The notes under the pieces are model-generated. The model was not told the DNA's origin. It worked only from the letters and a program-made list of their open reading frames with translations, and did not search any database. From Myxococcales bacterium (lineage in GTDB: Bacteria > Myxococcota_A > Polyangia > Polyangiales > DASUME01): 64,000 nt of DNA. Positions 20,446 through 30,473 of this stretch are shown here, piece after piece (the first letter of the stretch is position 1; each line of letters opens with the position of its first letter). Position numbers and translations under genes: made by a program. The stretch covers positions 480,001-544,000 of the forward strand of contig JASGJH010000001.1 in assembly GCA_047601445.1 (NCBI GenBank). Direction: 5' to 3'.

Positions 20446-21047
20446 GCGCGTACCACGAATGGTAGTCGAGCCGGTGTTTGCAACGGTAGAGCGTTGGCAA
20501 AGGTGACCGCTGCTTTGCAGTCCCCGGGCAGATGGAGTGACAGAAGGTTTGCGGACCTGAGCGCGGACGGGAGAGCGCCTTCTCAGCTGAAGCGGCCCTC
20601 ATACGCTGCCCTGCGAGTGTGCAAGATCGTCACGGCGACCCATCGCCTATGTAAGAGGTCTTGCGCTGGCAGCGGATCCCGGTGCCTCCTGAGGCTCAGT
20701 GCTCCGCGACCTCCAAGCGGTCACCCCAGCAGCAATGCTGCGGGCAGTACATGTAGGGCGGCTTCGCGCCAGCCGGGGATTTTTCCGCGCTTTTCGCGAC
20801 CCCCGATGGACCTATTCGAGCTGGGGCTGGCCGCTACAGTCTGCTCGCAGCGGAAGCCATCAGGCTCCCATGTAGGTAAACTGGGCATCGGAGCCACATT
20901 GGTGTCAAAATTACTTGCAGCCACGCTTTGACACGGTTCTCACCATCGGTGGACAATAGCCTGACGGAGTACGAGGGAGACCGAAGGTCGCCCATTACGG
21001 GTGGGCGGGCTCGAGCGATCGCATGGGAAGAACACGAAGAGGCCTCT

Positions 21048-22622
21048 ATGGATGAATCGCGCAGTGCATCTGCTTCGGTTCAGCAAAACAGCGAAGTCGA
21101 TCCTCTGCTGGGACGGTTCATCAACGATCGCTACAAGGTCGTGTCGGTGATTGCTCGTGGTGGCATGGGCAAGGTGTACCGCGCGGAGCAGGCGCCGCTC
21201 GGTCGACAGGTCGCGCTCAAGGTCTTGAGTCCCAACTACAACGGCGAGAACGATCCCGAGTTTCATCGGCGCTTCTTCCTCGAAGCGTCGATTGCGTCCA
21301 AGCTGAGCCACCCGAACACCGTCACGATTTTCGACTACGGCAAGACCGAAGACGAAGTCTTCTACATCGCCATGGAGCTCCTCGAGGGACGCACCTTGCA
21401 GCGCGCGTTGCGCGACGAGGGGCCCATGGAGCCCGACCGCGTCATGCGCATCGCCCGGCAGATTTGTCGGTCGCTGCGCGAAGCCCATTCGCTCGACGTG
21501 ATTCACCGCGATCTCAAGCCCGCCAACGTCTACCTGGTACGCCAGGAAGAAGGCGAGTACGTGAAGGTGCTGGACTTCGGTCTGGTCAAGGAGCTCAACA
21601 ACCAGGAGAACCTGACCAAAACGGGGCTCTTCATGGGTTCGCCCAAGTACATGGCCCCGGAGCAGATCCGCAGCGATCACGTCGATGGCCGCACCGACAT
21701 CTACGCGCTTGGCGTGATCATGTACGAGATGTTGTCGGGTAAGGTCCCGTTCGACCGTGCCAACTCAGTGAACATCCTGATGGCGCACATTCACGAGCAG
21801 GTCCCCTCGATCGGCGAGATGTCACCGGGGCGGCGCATTCCACCCCAACTGGAGAGCGTCGTTCATCGTTGCATGGCGAAGCGTCCCCAGGATCGCTACG
21901 CCAGCATGAACGAAGTGCTGCAGGCTCTGAAGCTCGCGGGTGGTGAACGCTCGGGCCAAATCACCATCACGGGGCCGCACACGGCACAGCCGGCGCATGG
22001 TCGCGGTCCTCAGCAAACGTTGGTGGACGAGTCCTTCGACGTCGACGCCGACTTCGCAGGTTCGGACTCCGGTGCGGGCCTCGAACCCGTGGCGCGTCGT
22101 TCGATGCAAACATCGACCACGATCTCCGCAGCACCTGTGTTCGCGCGCGCGTCGAAGCCCGGCAACAGCGCCGCGCCGATCTTCCTGGCGGCGCTGTTCG
22201 CCGTGACGGGCATCGGCGGCTTTATCGTGCTGACGCAACCGTTCGACACAGCCGAGGAAGACAAGCCCCTGGTGATCGGAACCACGGCGCCCGCGAAAAA
22301 GCCGGATCCCGTGCCAGCGGAGGCACCCGCGCCCGAACCCTCGAAGCGGCTCGTGGTGACACTCAAGTCCGTTCCGCCCGGCGCGATGGTCACGGTGGGC
22401 GACAAGGAATACGGTCCCACGCCTGCTCACGTGGTTTGGACGGGCGCCGATGCGGCCGATGGTCGTGAAGTCACCTTCCGATTCCATCGCCGGGGATATC
22501 AGGACCTTACTGTCACCCAGACCATCGAAGGGGACCGCTTGCAGGTGGATGCTCCGCCGCTCGAGCCGCTGGTGCGTAAGGCCAAGTCGTCGGCCGAGCC
22601 ACCCAAGCCCGACGGGGCGTGA
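21048..22622 (+). CDS. Hanks-type Ser/Thr protein kinase with one TM and a C-terminal PEGA-like domain
   Basis: GGMGKVY, VALK, HRDLKPAN, DFG, YMAPEQ; TM at IFLAALFAVTGIGGFIVL; SVPPGAMV...G.TP PEGA-like pattern. Confidence 0.93.
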   Translation: MDESRSASASVQQNSEVDPLLGRFINDRYKVVSVIARGGMGKVYRAEQAPLGRQVALKVLSPNYNGENDPEFHRRFFLEASIASKLSHPNTVTIFDYGKTEDEVFYIAMELLEGRTLQRALRDEGPMEPDRVMRIARQICRSLREAHSLDVIHRDLKPANVYLVRQEEGEYVKVLDFGLVKELNNQENLTKTGLFMGSPKYMAPEQIRSDHVDGRTDIYALGVIMYEMLSGKVPFDRANSVNILMAHIHEQVPSIGEMSPGRRIPPQLESVVHRCMAKRPQDRYASMNEVLQALKLAGGERSGQITITGPHTAQPAHGRGPQQTLVDESFDVDADFAGSDSGAGLEPVARRSMQTSTTISAAPVFARASKPGNSAAPIFLAALFAVTGIGGFIVLTQPFDTAEEDKPLVIGTTAPAKKPDPVPAEAPAPEPSKRLVVTLKSVPPGAMVTVGDKEYGPTPAHVVWTGADAADGREVTFRFHRRGYQDLTVTQTIEGDRLQVDAPPLEPLVRKAKSSAEPPKPDGA

Positions 22623-22662
22623 CGGACAACCTGACGGTTTCTGCTCCCGTCCGAGCGACGCG

Positions 22663-23878
22663 TCAGAATCGCACGTAGGCGGTCCAGTCGAGGCTCATGT
22701 ACTGGTCGGTGATGCTCGCCGGCAAGTTCGTGACGCCACGCAATGCCTTCAAATTCACCCAAGAAGTACGTGTAGGCTCCGCGCAGTCGGATCTCGAAAT
22801 TGCGCGGCAATTTGAGGCTCAGCGTGAGCGCGTACTCCGTGCCCACGGGTGAACCGCGTACCTCTCTGTTGCCGAGGTCGCCCGCCACGAAGACGTACAG
22901 CACGCCGCCTTCACCCGTAAGGGCAAAGCGCTGGATTGGAATCTTCAGGCTGCCTTGGCCCCGCCCGAAGGTGTAGTTGCCCGTGGGGCGCTCGAGATCC
23001 GGTGCGTCTGGCAGGTTGAAGTCAAAGGTCCACACGCTTGCGCCGAGGCCAGCGCCGATCACGGGAGCGTTGGCGTTACGGCCAAGCCTCAGCAGCACAT
23101 TCGCCCAGACGTTGATGCGTGAGCTCGGCGACTCGAACACGCGGTGCTCGCGGCGGCTGAAGGAGCTCAGGGCGTTCGAGCGCCAGAACTCACTGTGGAT
23201 TTGCCAGGAGAGCAGCTTGAAATCGGGTGGCCCCAATTCGACGGCCAAGAGCACACCCGAAAACCCTTTGGCGTCATAGGGGCGAACTTCTCCGGTGCGC
23301 GGCTCCCGGTGTTCGAACGAGCGAAAGCCGCCGAGCGCGCCGATGCCGAGGCTCAGGTAGGAGAAAACCTTGCGCACGCCCGGCGAGATTTGGCGGGGAG
23401 GGCGCTTGCGCTTCGGCGCGGCGGCACGGACGGGAGTCGCCGTTGGCTCGGGCGCCGTGCTGGTCGCAGGCTGAGTGGGCGATACTTCCTGGGGCGCGGC
23501 CGGTTCCTGTGTGTGAGATTCCAGGGGGGCGGGAGGAGGAGGGGCCGGTGCCGGCGCCAAGGTCTCTGCGGGGGCGGGCTGTCGTGTGTCTCCCGTCAGC
23601 TGGGATGGCTGAGTGGTCCCGCGGCCTTCGGCCTTCTGCGCAGCCTCCTGACGTCGCTTCTCCTCGCGTCGCGCGTGACGCGCCGCCCGACGGGCCTCGC
23701 TGGCAGCCTGGCGCCGTGCGTCGCGCCGCGCTGCAGCATCGTCCACCGTGGCATCCGAAGCGGGTTCGTCCGCCTGCGCTTCCGCCGCGCTGACGACGAA
23801 CAAGGTGAGAGCCGAGGCCACGATGCGAAGACTGCGGAGTAAGCGATGCGTCAGAAGCGAATCCGAATCCTGGCGCAT
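22663..23878 (-). pseudogene. Outer-membrane beta-barrel protein with a Pro-rich N-terminal linker; +1 frameshift near 22761
   Basis: Signal-like N-terminus (AEAQA) and alternating amphipathic strands; removing one T gives YFWVNLKALRGVTNLPASITDQYMSLDWTAYVRF* with a terminal-Phe beta signal and removes the overlap with the kinase gene. Confidence 0.68.
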
Positions 23879-23990
23879 CCTACCTTTGCCCCTGTGTCCT
23901 CATTCAACCGCCGTGCGCGTGGTCGTCTGCCTCAGAAAACGAGGCCGCCCAGCGCTCTCCCACTTCGAGAATGCCTCGAACTCTGCGATA

Positions 23991-25103
23991 ATGTCACCAG
24001 TGTCAGGTACTCGCGAAACTTTCGGTGCGGAGCGTCGCTCTCCATCTTCAGCTCAAGAACTCGCTCAAGCCAATGGAGAACAGCCGCTTCGATTCGGGCG
24101 CTTGGTCGGCCGTTCGGCTCCGATGCGTCAGCTCATCGGCACCTTGAAGCGTGCGTCCGAGACCGACGCCACGGTGTTGATCGAGGGCGAGACGGGAACC
24201 GGCAAAGAGGTCTCGGCCCTCGCGATTCACGAAAACAGTTCGCGACGCGGAGGACCATTCATCGTAGTCGATTGCGGCGCCATCCCTGCACAGCTGCTCG
24301 AGAGCGAGCTGTTTGGCTACGAGCGCGGCGCATTCACCGGCGCTGTCACGGCGCGCATGGGAGCCTTCGAAGCGGCGGATGGCGGCAGCATCTTCCTCGA
24401 CGAACTCGGCGAGATGAGCCTCGACCTGCAGCCGAAGATTCTGCGTGCCCTCGAGGGACGCAAAGTGAAGCGCGTGGGCAGCAACAACTACGTGCCGTTC
24501 AACGCGCGGGTCATTGCAGCGACCAATCGAGATTTGCGCGAGGAGGTGGCGGCCAAGCGCTTTCGCTCGGACCTCTACTATCGACTCGCGGTGTTGCACA
24601 TCAAGTTGCCGCCGCTTCGGGAGCGCACTGGCGACCTGCCGATCCTGGTGCAGGAGGTGCTCGGTCAGCTAGGTGTCCAGGACACGGAGAACGCAGGGTC
24701 GATCTGCACGCCCGAGTTCTTTGCCATGCTCGCCAAGTATCGCTGGCCGGGCAACGTGCGACAGCTCCGCAACTACGTGGAGCGCCGCGTGGCACTCGGC
24801 GAGTCGGTCCCGCCTCCGGGCAACGACACGTCGCGCCCGCCTCCGCCGCTTCAAGCTGAGGCACCCATTCCGTCCATTGCGATCGACCTCCCGCTGCGCC
24901 TCGCACGCGAGGAGTGGAACAGCGTGTTCGAGAGCAAGTATCTCGAGGCACTGCTCGAGCGCTACGAGAACAACGTGACGGCAGCGGCCCGCGCGGCGGG
25001 GGTCAACCGCGTGCATTTCTACCGACTGCTGTGGAAGCACGGCCTCAGGGAGCCTGACCCGAGCGCCATGAGCCACTCGCAGATTCCGCCGGAAGAGAGG
25101 TGA
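23991..25103 (+). CDS. Sigma-54-dependent enhancer-binding protein (AAA+ and Fis HTH) lacking an N-terminal sensory domain
   Basis: GETGTGKE Walker A, ESELFG, GAFTGA, FLDELGE, WPGNVRQL, NVTAAARAAGVNR HTH; only about 35 aa precede the AAA+ domain. Confidence 0.93.
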   Translation: MSPVSGTRETFGAERRSPSSAQELAQANGEQPLRFGRLVGRSAPMRQLIGTLKRASETDATVLIEGETGTGKEVSALAIHENSSRRGGPFIVVDCGAIPAQLLESELFGYERGAFTGAVTARMGAFEAADGGSIFLDELGEMSLDLQPKILRALEGRKVKRVGSNNYVPFNARVIAATNRDLREEVAAKRFRSDLYYRLAVLHIKLPPLRERTGDLPILVQEVLGQLGVQDTENAGSICTPEFFAMLAKYRWPGNVRQLRNYVERRVALGESVPPPGNDTSRPPPPLQAEAPIPSIAIDLPLRLAREEWNSVFESKYLEALLERYENNVTAAARAAGVNRVHFYRLLWKHGLREPDPSAMSHSQIPPEER

Positions 25104-25106
25104 TCC

Positions 25107-25853
25107 ATGTCCTCTTGGAACGACCCGCTCAGCGCAGCGCCCAGCCGATTCCGAATTCGCGTCGGGAACGAACAGATTGATTTACCCACTGGCGGGAGTC
25201 TGATCGGCCGCGAGGCGACCTGTCGCATCGCCATCTTGGATTCCACCATCTCGCGCCGGCACGCGCGCATTCAGTGCGACGGCGAATGGGTGACGATCGA
25301 GGACCTCGGGAGCAGCAACGGGACGCGCGTGAACGGGATTCTCATTTCGGGTCCCCACGTGTTGAGAGAGGGCGACCGCATCGGAGTCGGCTCCTGTGAA
25401 CTGGTGATGGGCGTCGTGGATGCGGAGCTCGCCGATCTGCGCGACTCTCCGACCGGACAACTGGGAGTCTGCAACAACTGCCGCTCGTGCTATGCGGCCC
25501 AGCTGCGGAATTGCCCGAATTGTGGTGCTGCGCGCGGGGAGAAAGCAGCTGCCTCGCGACGCATCGACGAGACGGCGGAGGGGCGCTGGTCGCTCGGCCT
25601 CCTGTTGGAGATGCTCGGCAAGGCCATGCTCGCGGAGCGCGAGATCGACGCCGAACGCATCATGCGCGAAGTCGCGCTGGTGGTTGCCGACCGCCTCCAC
25701 GAGGGCAGGGCCATCGACCCCGAGGAGCTGACAGCGGTCGTCGAAGCCACGCGCTGGCTGACCAGAGTGCAGAAGAGTGACGACTGGTCCAATTGGTTGG
25801 TCAGCGTTCAAGGGCAGCTGAGAAGGACCCTAAACCCGCCGCCTGCCCCTTGA
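25107..25853 (+). CDS. FHA-domain protein with a CxxC-CxxC zinc ribbon
   Basis: IGR, SRRHA, DLGSSNGTRVNG FHA motifs; CNNC...CPNC; starts 3 nt after the activator stop. Confidence 0.88.
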   Translation: MSSWNDPLSAAPSRFRIRVGNEQIDLPTGGSLIGREATCRIAILDSTISRRHARIQCDGEWVTIEDLGSSNGTRVNGILISGPHVLREGDRIGVGSCELVMGVVDAELADLRDSPTGQLGVCNNCRSCYAAQLRNCPNCGAARGEKAAASRRIDETAEGRWSLGLLLEMLGKAMLAEREIDAERIMREVALVVADRLHEGRAIDPEELTAVVEATRWLTRVQKSDDWSNWLVSVQGQLRRTLNPPPAP

Positions 25854-25886
25854 GTCGCTAAACCCGCCGCCTGCCCCTTGAGTCGC
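25830..25886. repeat. Perfect 28-bp tandem duplication at the junction of two convergent genes
   Basis: CTAAACCCGCCGCCTGCCCCTTGAGTCG at 25830-25857 and again at 25858-25885. Confidence 0.95.
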
Positions 25887-26829
25887 GTGCGCGCCTGCGA
25901 TGCACGAAGCACCCGGCGAGCATCAACACGAGTCCTCCGAGCGCCGAGCTCTCGGCCCCCGGCCGTTCCCTCGGCTGCGCGACGGCGCATGCGCCTCCGC
26001 TCGTCGGGTCCATGCCGCACAGCGGTGAGAACCCACCTCTGGGTTCCGGCTCGCAAGCCGCCGGAGCATCGGGCGGATACAACGCGCAGATTGCGTCCAC
26101 GTCGTCCTGACCGAGCGTCCTGGAGATCTCCAACGGCTGGATGCTGAACTTCATGATCGAGCCCGGTACCCGTGAGTGATCGAGGCCGAGAAAGTGCCCC
26201 GCTTCATGGGTCAGGATGGACTGTAGATCCCAGCGCAGCTCCAGTGACTTCGATTGGGTCGAGTCCACGTTCAGCGGGTTGCTCGCATTGATCTCCATGT
26301 CTGCATCGAGCAACTGACCCGTGGCCTCGTCGTACCGCACCGACGTCGTGGCGAGTGGCTGCCCGCTGTCGTAGTAGGGCCACTCGCCTTCACGAAACAG
26401 AATCGCGTTGGCGTTTCCTTGATCCGGGTTGTATTCGACGCGCGCGCAGAAGGTGTCCCCAAAGCGACTGTCGACGTGCAACGAGGGGGGGAGCCCGTTC
26501 GGCGGGCATTGCACGTTCTGCCAGGTGTCGAAGGCGGCACGGAGCATTCGACGGGCAGCCTCTTCGCCGACCTGGGCAGAGACGGCGTTGGGGTCGATGC
26601 TGAAGCTGAGGCAGGACGAAGACCAGCTGACGGGAACGCCTGTGAGCGAGCAGCCGGTGACGGGATCGCGTGGGCAGTCTGCGCAGTGCGACGACGTGGT
26701 CGTGCGACAGTACGCTTCGGCATCACTCTCGAAGAGCAAGCCCGAGCCCAGCGCAACCATGAACAGGCCCACTGAGCCGATGCGAGTCGGTCGCTGCAAG
26801 GGCCAAACTCTCCCGTTTCGGAAGTACAT
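25858..26829 (-). CDS. Matrixin-like (metzincin) zinc metalloprotease with a MYXO-CTERM-like sorting tail
   Basis: HEAGHFLGLDHS zinc motif, Met-turn SIM, signal ending AEA-YCR, tail GGACAV...LGGLVLMLAGCFVHRRRAR; start could be 26829 or 26760. Confidence 0.88.
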   Translation of the reverse strand: MYFRNGRVWPLQRPTRIGSVGLFMVALGSGLLFESDAEAYCRTTTSSHCADCPRDPVTGCSLTGVPVSWSSSCLSFSIDPNAVSAQVGEEAARRMLRAAFDTWQNVQCPPNGLPPSLHVDSRFGDTFCARVEYNPDQGNANAILFREGEWPYYDSGQPLATTSVRYDEATGQLLDADMEINASNPLNVDSTQSKSLELRWDLQSILTHEAGHFLGLDHSRVPGSIMKFSIQPLEISRTLGQDDVDAICALYPPDAPAACEPEPRGGFSPLCGMDPTSGGACAVAQPRERPGAESSALGGLVLMLAGCFVHRRRARDSRGRRRV

Positions 26830-26848
26830 CACAGCCGCTCGAGCGCTG

Positions 26849-27373
26849 CTAGTTTGGCAGCGGCGATGGCGGCAAGGCCGGCGACGGAGCGGACGGCGGC
26901 GCTGCGGAGGGAGGCGGCGGGGGCTCACGGTCCATGGCCAGGCCGACGGTGGTCGCTCCAGCTTGCTTCGCACGGTCGATGGCTTCGACCAGATTCGTGT
27001 AGTTCGCGTTGTCGCCAGCCACGACGAACACCACGGATTGCTCTGCAGACCGCCCCTCCAGGAGCTCGCGCAGCTTGCTGACGTACTCGGTTGCGTCGAC
27101 CGGCTGCGAATTGATCTGCAGGTTTCCGTCGCCCTCGACTGCCACCACGACCTGGCTCGGCGCGACCTCTGCCGCCTTCTCGGTGTGCTTTTCAGCGGAG
27201 AGGTAGACCCCGAGGTCGCGCTCTACGAGCGGCGTCACGACCATGAAGATGATCAGCAGCACGAGCACGACGTCGACCAGCGGCGTCACGTTGATTTCGG
27301 GCTCGAGCCGCGCCACCGGCTGCACGGCGATGGTCCGCGTCTTCTTCTTGCCCCCATACATTGGCGTGGTCAT
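26849..27373 (-). CDS. exbD: ExbD/TolR biopolymer transport protein (second copy) with a Pro-rich tail
   Basis: [23 protein letters not shown] at 27373 overlaps the upstream exbD stop. Confidence 0.9.
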   Translation of the reverse strand: MTTPMYGGKKKTRTIAVQPVARLEPEINVTPLVDVVLVLLIIFMVVTPLVERDLGVYLSAEKHTEKAAEVAPSQVVVAVEGDGNLQINSQPVDATEYVSKLRELLEGRSAEQSVVFVVAGDNANYTNLVEAIDRAKQAGATTVGLAMDREPPPPPSAAPPSAPSPALPPSPLPN

Positions 27374-27792
27374 CGTGCAGCCTTCGTTTCGCCGAGTACG
27401 GCGAAAGAAATCTCGCTGATTTTTTCGGCCTTGAGCTGGCGCAGGAGCGGGCGCAGGTCCTTGACCGTGATGGCTGAGTCGGCCTTGATCAAGACGTCGC
27501 GGCCGGGGCGTTGCGCGAGCTCGGCCTTGACTTGCTGGACCAACGTTCGCGCGGTCGCCCGCTTGGACTCCACCCACAGGGTTCGGTCCGACGTGATGGT
27601 GAGCACGACCGAGTCAGACACCGATTTCTCGGGGTCCGGCGAGCCAGCCACGGGCAATTGCACGTTGCGACCGCGGGTGAGCATGGGCGTGATGACCATG
27701 AAAATGATCAGCAGCACCAAGACGACGTCGACCAGGGGGGTCACGTTGATCTCGGCCTTCAGGCCGCCCTTCTGATTGCCAGTGAAAGCCAC
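27370..27792 (-). CDS. exbD: ExbD/TolR biopolymer transport protein (first copy)
   Basis: [25 protein letters not shown]. Confidence 0.9.
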   Translation of the reverse strand: MAFTGNQKGGLKAEINVTPLVDVVLVLLIIFMVITPMLTRGRNVQLPVAGSPDPEKSVSDSVVLTITSDRTLWVESKRATARTLVQQVKAELAQRPGRDVLIKADSAITVKDLRPLLRQLKAEKISEISFAVLGETKAAR

Positions 27793-27795
27793 CCG

Positions 27796-28503
27796 TTACC
27801 CCGTCACGGTGCGCGGCCTGAAGGTCAGGCTGGGATCGCGGAAGTCGACGCGATTCTTGCGCAGGTGGCGAGCCAGCAGGTCGAGAAGCTCGTTGCTCGC
27901 TTCGGAGATGTCCACCGCGCGGGCGTCGATCCAGGCGGTCAGGCCGTTGTAAGCGCCGACCGCGGGGATGGCGACCAGCAGGCCGAGCGCCGTGGTCGCC
28001 AAGGCTTCCGCGATACCGGCCGAAACGGTGGAGAGACCGCCCGAGCCCGTCTCCGCCATCATCTCGAAGGAGTTCACGATGCCGAGCACGGTGCCGAGCA
28101 GACCCACGAACGGGGCCGTGGAGGCCACGTTGGCCAGCACGCCGATACCGCGCTTCATGCTGTGAATTTCACGCTGCGCTTGGCGTTCGAGCGAGCGCGC
28201 GACCGACTCGAAAACCAGGTCGTCTTCGTTGCGGGGGCAGGTCTGGTACGCACGCAGCGCCGCCTCGAGCACGCGCCCCAGGTGCCCAACCTTACCGCCC
28301 ATCGGAGCGTTCGCAGCTTGATCGATGTCGCCGCCCGACAGGAGCTCTGCCAGCTTCTTGGCGAAGGCGACCGACTGCTTGTTGGAAGCCGTCAGGGCGA
28401 AGATGCGCTCGCAGGCGATGACAAGCGAAACCAGCGACATGGCCAGCATGGTCCCGGTCACCAGACGGGCGCCGACGCCCATGTGGTACCAGAGTTCGAT
28501 CAT
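27796..28503 (-). CDS. exbB: ExbB/TolQ/MotA proton channel protein
   Basis: STAPFVGLLGTVLGI, GIAEALATTALGLLVAIPAV. Confidence 0.93.
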   Translation of the reverse strand: MIELWYHMGVGARLVTGTMLAMSLVSLVIACERIFALTASNKQSVAFAKKLAELLSGGDIDQAANAPMGGKVGHLGRVLEAALRAYQTCPRNEDDLVFESVARSLERQAQREIHSMKRGIGVLANVASTAPFVGLLGTVLGIVNSFEMMAETGSGGLSTVSAGIAEALATTALGLLVAIPAVGAYNGLTAWIDARAVDISEASNELLDLLARHLRKNRVDFRDPSLTFRPRTVTG

Positions 28504-28555
28504 CGGTAAATTTCATAGGCTTCCCTCTGTCCTCTGTCCCTCTGAGCTCGCCCGA

Positions 28556-29479
28556 TCAGTGCGCCGCGAGTCTGACTTGAATGATGTATTCCACCGAGAC
28601 CGGCTTCCCTTGGTAGACGACCGGGGTGTACTTCCACTTGGAAAGGGCATTCAGCACCGCTTGATCCATCATGGGATTGCCCTTGACCATCTTGCAGCGC
28701 TTGAGCCCACCGTCCGTTCCGATCACACACTTGCTGATGAACAGCCCGGACACGTTCGCGTCACGGGCTTCCTTCGTGTATTCGGGGTCGACCTTCGACA
28801 ACAAATTCGGGCGCGTCATGCCATCCATGAACGGCAGCACGGTCGTGTCGCCGCTCACGATGCCAGGACGCGAGCCCGCGCCCGTGCCACCAGCGACGCC
28901 GCTGGCGCCCGAGTTGGTGCCGGCACCCGCGCCACCCGAACCACCCGACACGCCGCCCGTACCCGCACCCGCAGTGCCGGCGCCGGGAGTCGTGTTCTCC
29001 GCCTTCGGCATCGCCTGCGGCGCGGCGGTCGCCACGGACTCGCCACCGGTGGCCGGCGTGGGCTTCGGGACCTCGGGCTGAACGCTCGCGCCCATCGTGG
29101 CGGTCGGCTTGTCTTCGGGAATGGCCTTCGCTGAGACCGGCTTTTTCGATTTGGTGGGCGCCACGACGCGCGCGGCTTCAGGTTCGGGAGCCTTGATCAC
29201 CGGAGCGGACGACTCGCCCGCTCCGATGGCGCCCCGGTCCTCACCGCCCGCCAAACCAAGCGAGCGGAACTCCGCGACCTTGGGGGCATCGAAGAGGGTG
29301 ACCGTCAGCTTCTTCGGAACCTCCTTGACGGGAGGTGGCGGCTGCTTCGACAGCACGATCGCTCCGAGCAGAGCGATGACATACACGGTAGCAACGCCAA
29401 TCGTGCTCACGCCCATATCGCGCCAGTTGCTGGGGCGATCGAGAATGGCACTAAAGACCGGATCCTGCTGAACGGTCAC
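28556..29479 (-). CDS. tonB: Energy transducer TonB
   Basis: N-terminal TM, Pro/Gly/Ala-rich linker, TonB_C domain (PEYTKEAR...WKYTP...GKPV). Confidence 0.88.
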   Translation of the reverse strand: MTVQQDPVFSAILDRPSNWRDMGVSTIGVATVYVIALLGAIVLSKQPPPPVKEVPKKLTVTLFDAPKVAEFRSLGLAGGEDRGAIGAGESSAPVIKAPEPEAARVVAPTKSKKPVSAKAIPEDKPTATMGASVQPEVPKPTPATGGESVATAAPQAMPKAENTTPGAGTAGAGTGGVSGGSGGAGAGTNSGASGVAGGTGAGSRPGIVSGDTTVLPFMDGMTRPNLLSKVDPEYTKEARDANVSGLFISKCVIGTDGGLKRCKMVKGNPMMDQAVLNALSKWKYTPVVYQGKPVSVEYIIQVRLAAH

Positions 29480-29486
29480 GCGACCC

Positions 29487-30470
29487 CTACTTCAAGGATG
29501 GTGGATCTGATTTCAACACGCAGAACATGGTGTCGGGGCTACAAACTGTCGCGTAGTCGGGGCTAATTCCCGATCCGATCGTGCGGCCCTTGCTGATGTC
29601 GGGCACCGAATCACACAGTGTGTCGTCCGGTACCATTTCTCCCACCGGCGCTTCTGGTTCTGGGGTGCCGCAGTCGACCTCGGGGGCGGGTTCACCGCCG
29701 TCCGCGTCCACTGCTACGGAGCCGTCGAGATCACCGCCGTCTGCGATGCCCGCATCATCGGGCTGCGCTGCGTCGGGCTGCTCGCCGTCGGTCGGAGCAG
29801 GAGCAGCGGCATCGGCGTCGACCGGGAGCTCCAGCGCGCAGCTGACCACCGGGTAGACCGCGGTAACCTTGTAGACCGCGGTGCAGCCGTTGGCGATGTA
29901 GGTGAGGTCCGCCGCGAACGAGGTGCCCGTATCGGCCGCCGTGTTGTAGACGCGGACATTGCTGAACTGATACTGCACGTCGACCGCGTCCTGAGCAGGA
30001 TAGGGCGGCATGCACATGTCTTCGTTGGGCATCTCGGGGTACGCGTCCATGCGCACCCGCGCCACGTTGAGCGTGGGCACCACGCAGAAGTCATCACTTC
30101 CCGCGGTAGAGTCCTCGAAGCCTCCGAGCGCATAGGGCTTGTCTTCAGGGTTCGGCACCCCGAGCGAGTACAGATAGTTCGTGATCCCGGAGGGCTGGAT
30201 GCCGATGCTGGTCCGATTGTAATCGGGGCTCTTGTCCTTGCTGGAGATCGGCTGGTTGTACCCCTGCACGCTGAGGACTTCGCCGGTGAGGGTGGCGCAG
30301 TCACCCTCGCCCGAGACCAATGTGTAGTGCGCCGCGAAATCGCCGCGCGCGATGTTGCACTTGGGCTTGGGCTGTTCGCAGCCCACGACGAGTAGGCTGG
30401 CGGCGCCTAGGCCGCACACCGACAGCACCTGAGTGCGAGCACGGTTTTTCATGTTCTTTGCGTTCCTCAT
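29487..30470 (-). CDS. mlpA: MlpA-like myxobacterial lipoprotein with an acidic insertion
   Basis: Lipobox VVGC; YQFSNVRVY...GTSF...LTY..NGCT..Y...AVYP and GSGISPDYATVC...PSLK resemble Myxococcus MlpA as recalled; lies directly after an oar-like gene. Confidence 0.75.
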   Translation of the reverse strand: MRNAKNMKNRARTQVLSVCGLGAASLLVVGCEQPKPKCNIARGDFAAHYTLVSGEGDCATLTGEVLSVQGYNQPISSKDKSPDYNRTSIGIQPSGITNYLYSLGVPNPEDKPYALGGFEDSTAGSDDFCVVPTLNVARVRMDAYPEMPNEDMCMPPYPAQDAVDVQYQFSNVRVYNTAADTGTSFAADLTYIANGCTAVYKVTAVYPVVSCALELPVDADAAAPAPTDGEQPDAAQPDDAGIADGGDLDGSVAVDADGGEPAPEVDCGTPEPEAPVGEMVPDDTLCDSVPDISKGRTIGSGISPDYATVCSPDTMFCVLKSDPPSLK

Positions 30471-30473
30471 GGC

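Noticed and set aside
20446..21047. 600-bp intergenic region as a possible ncRNA or riboswitch
   Set aside because: No recognisable RNA family motif or strong structure by eye; a covariance-model search would be needed
23748..23990. Possible N-terminal sensory domain of the sigma-54 activator
   Set aside because: It overlaps the divergent barrel gene and shows no receiver, GAF or FHA features
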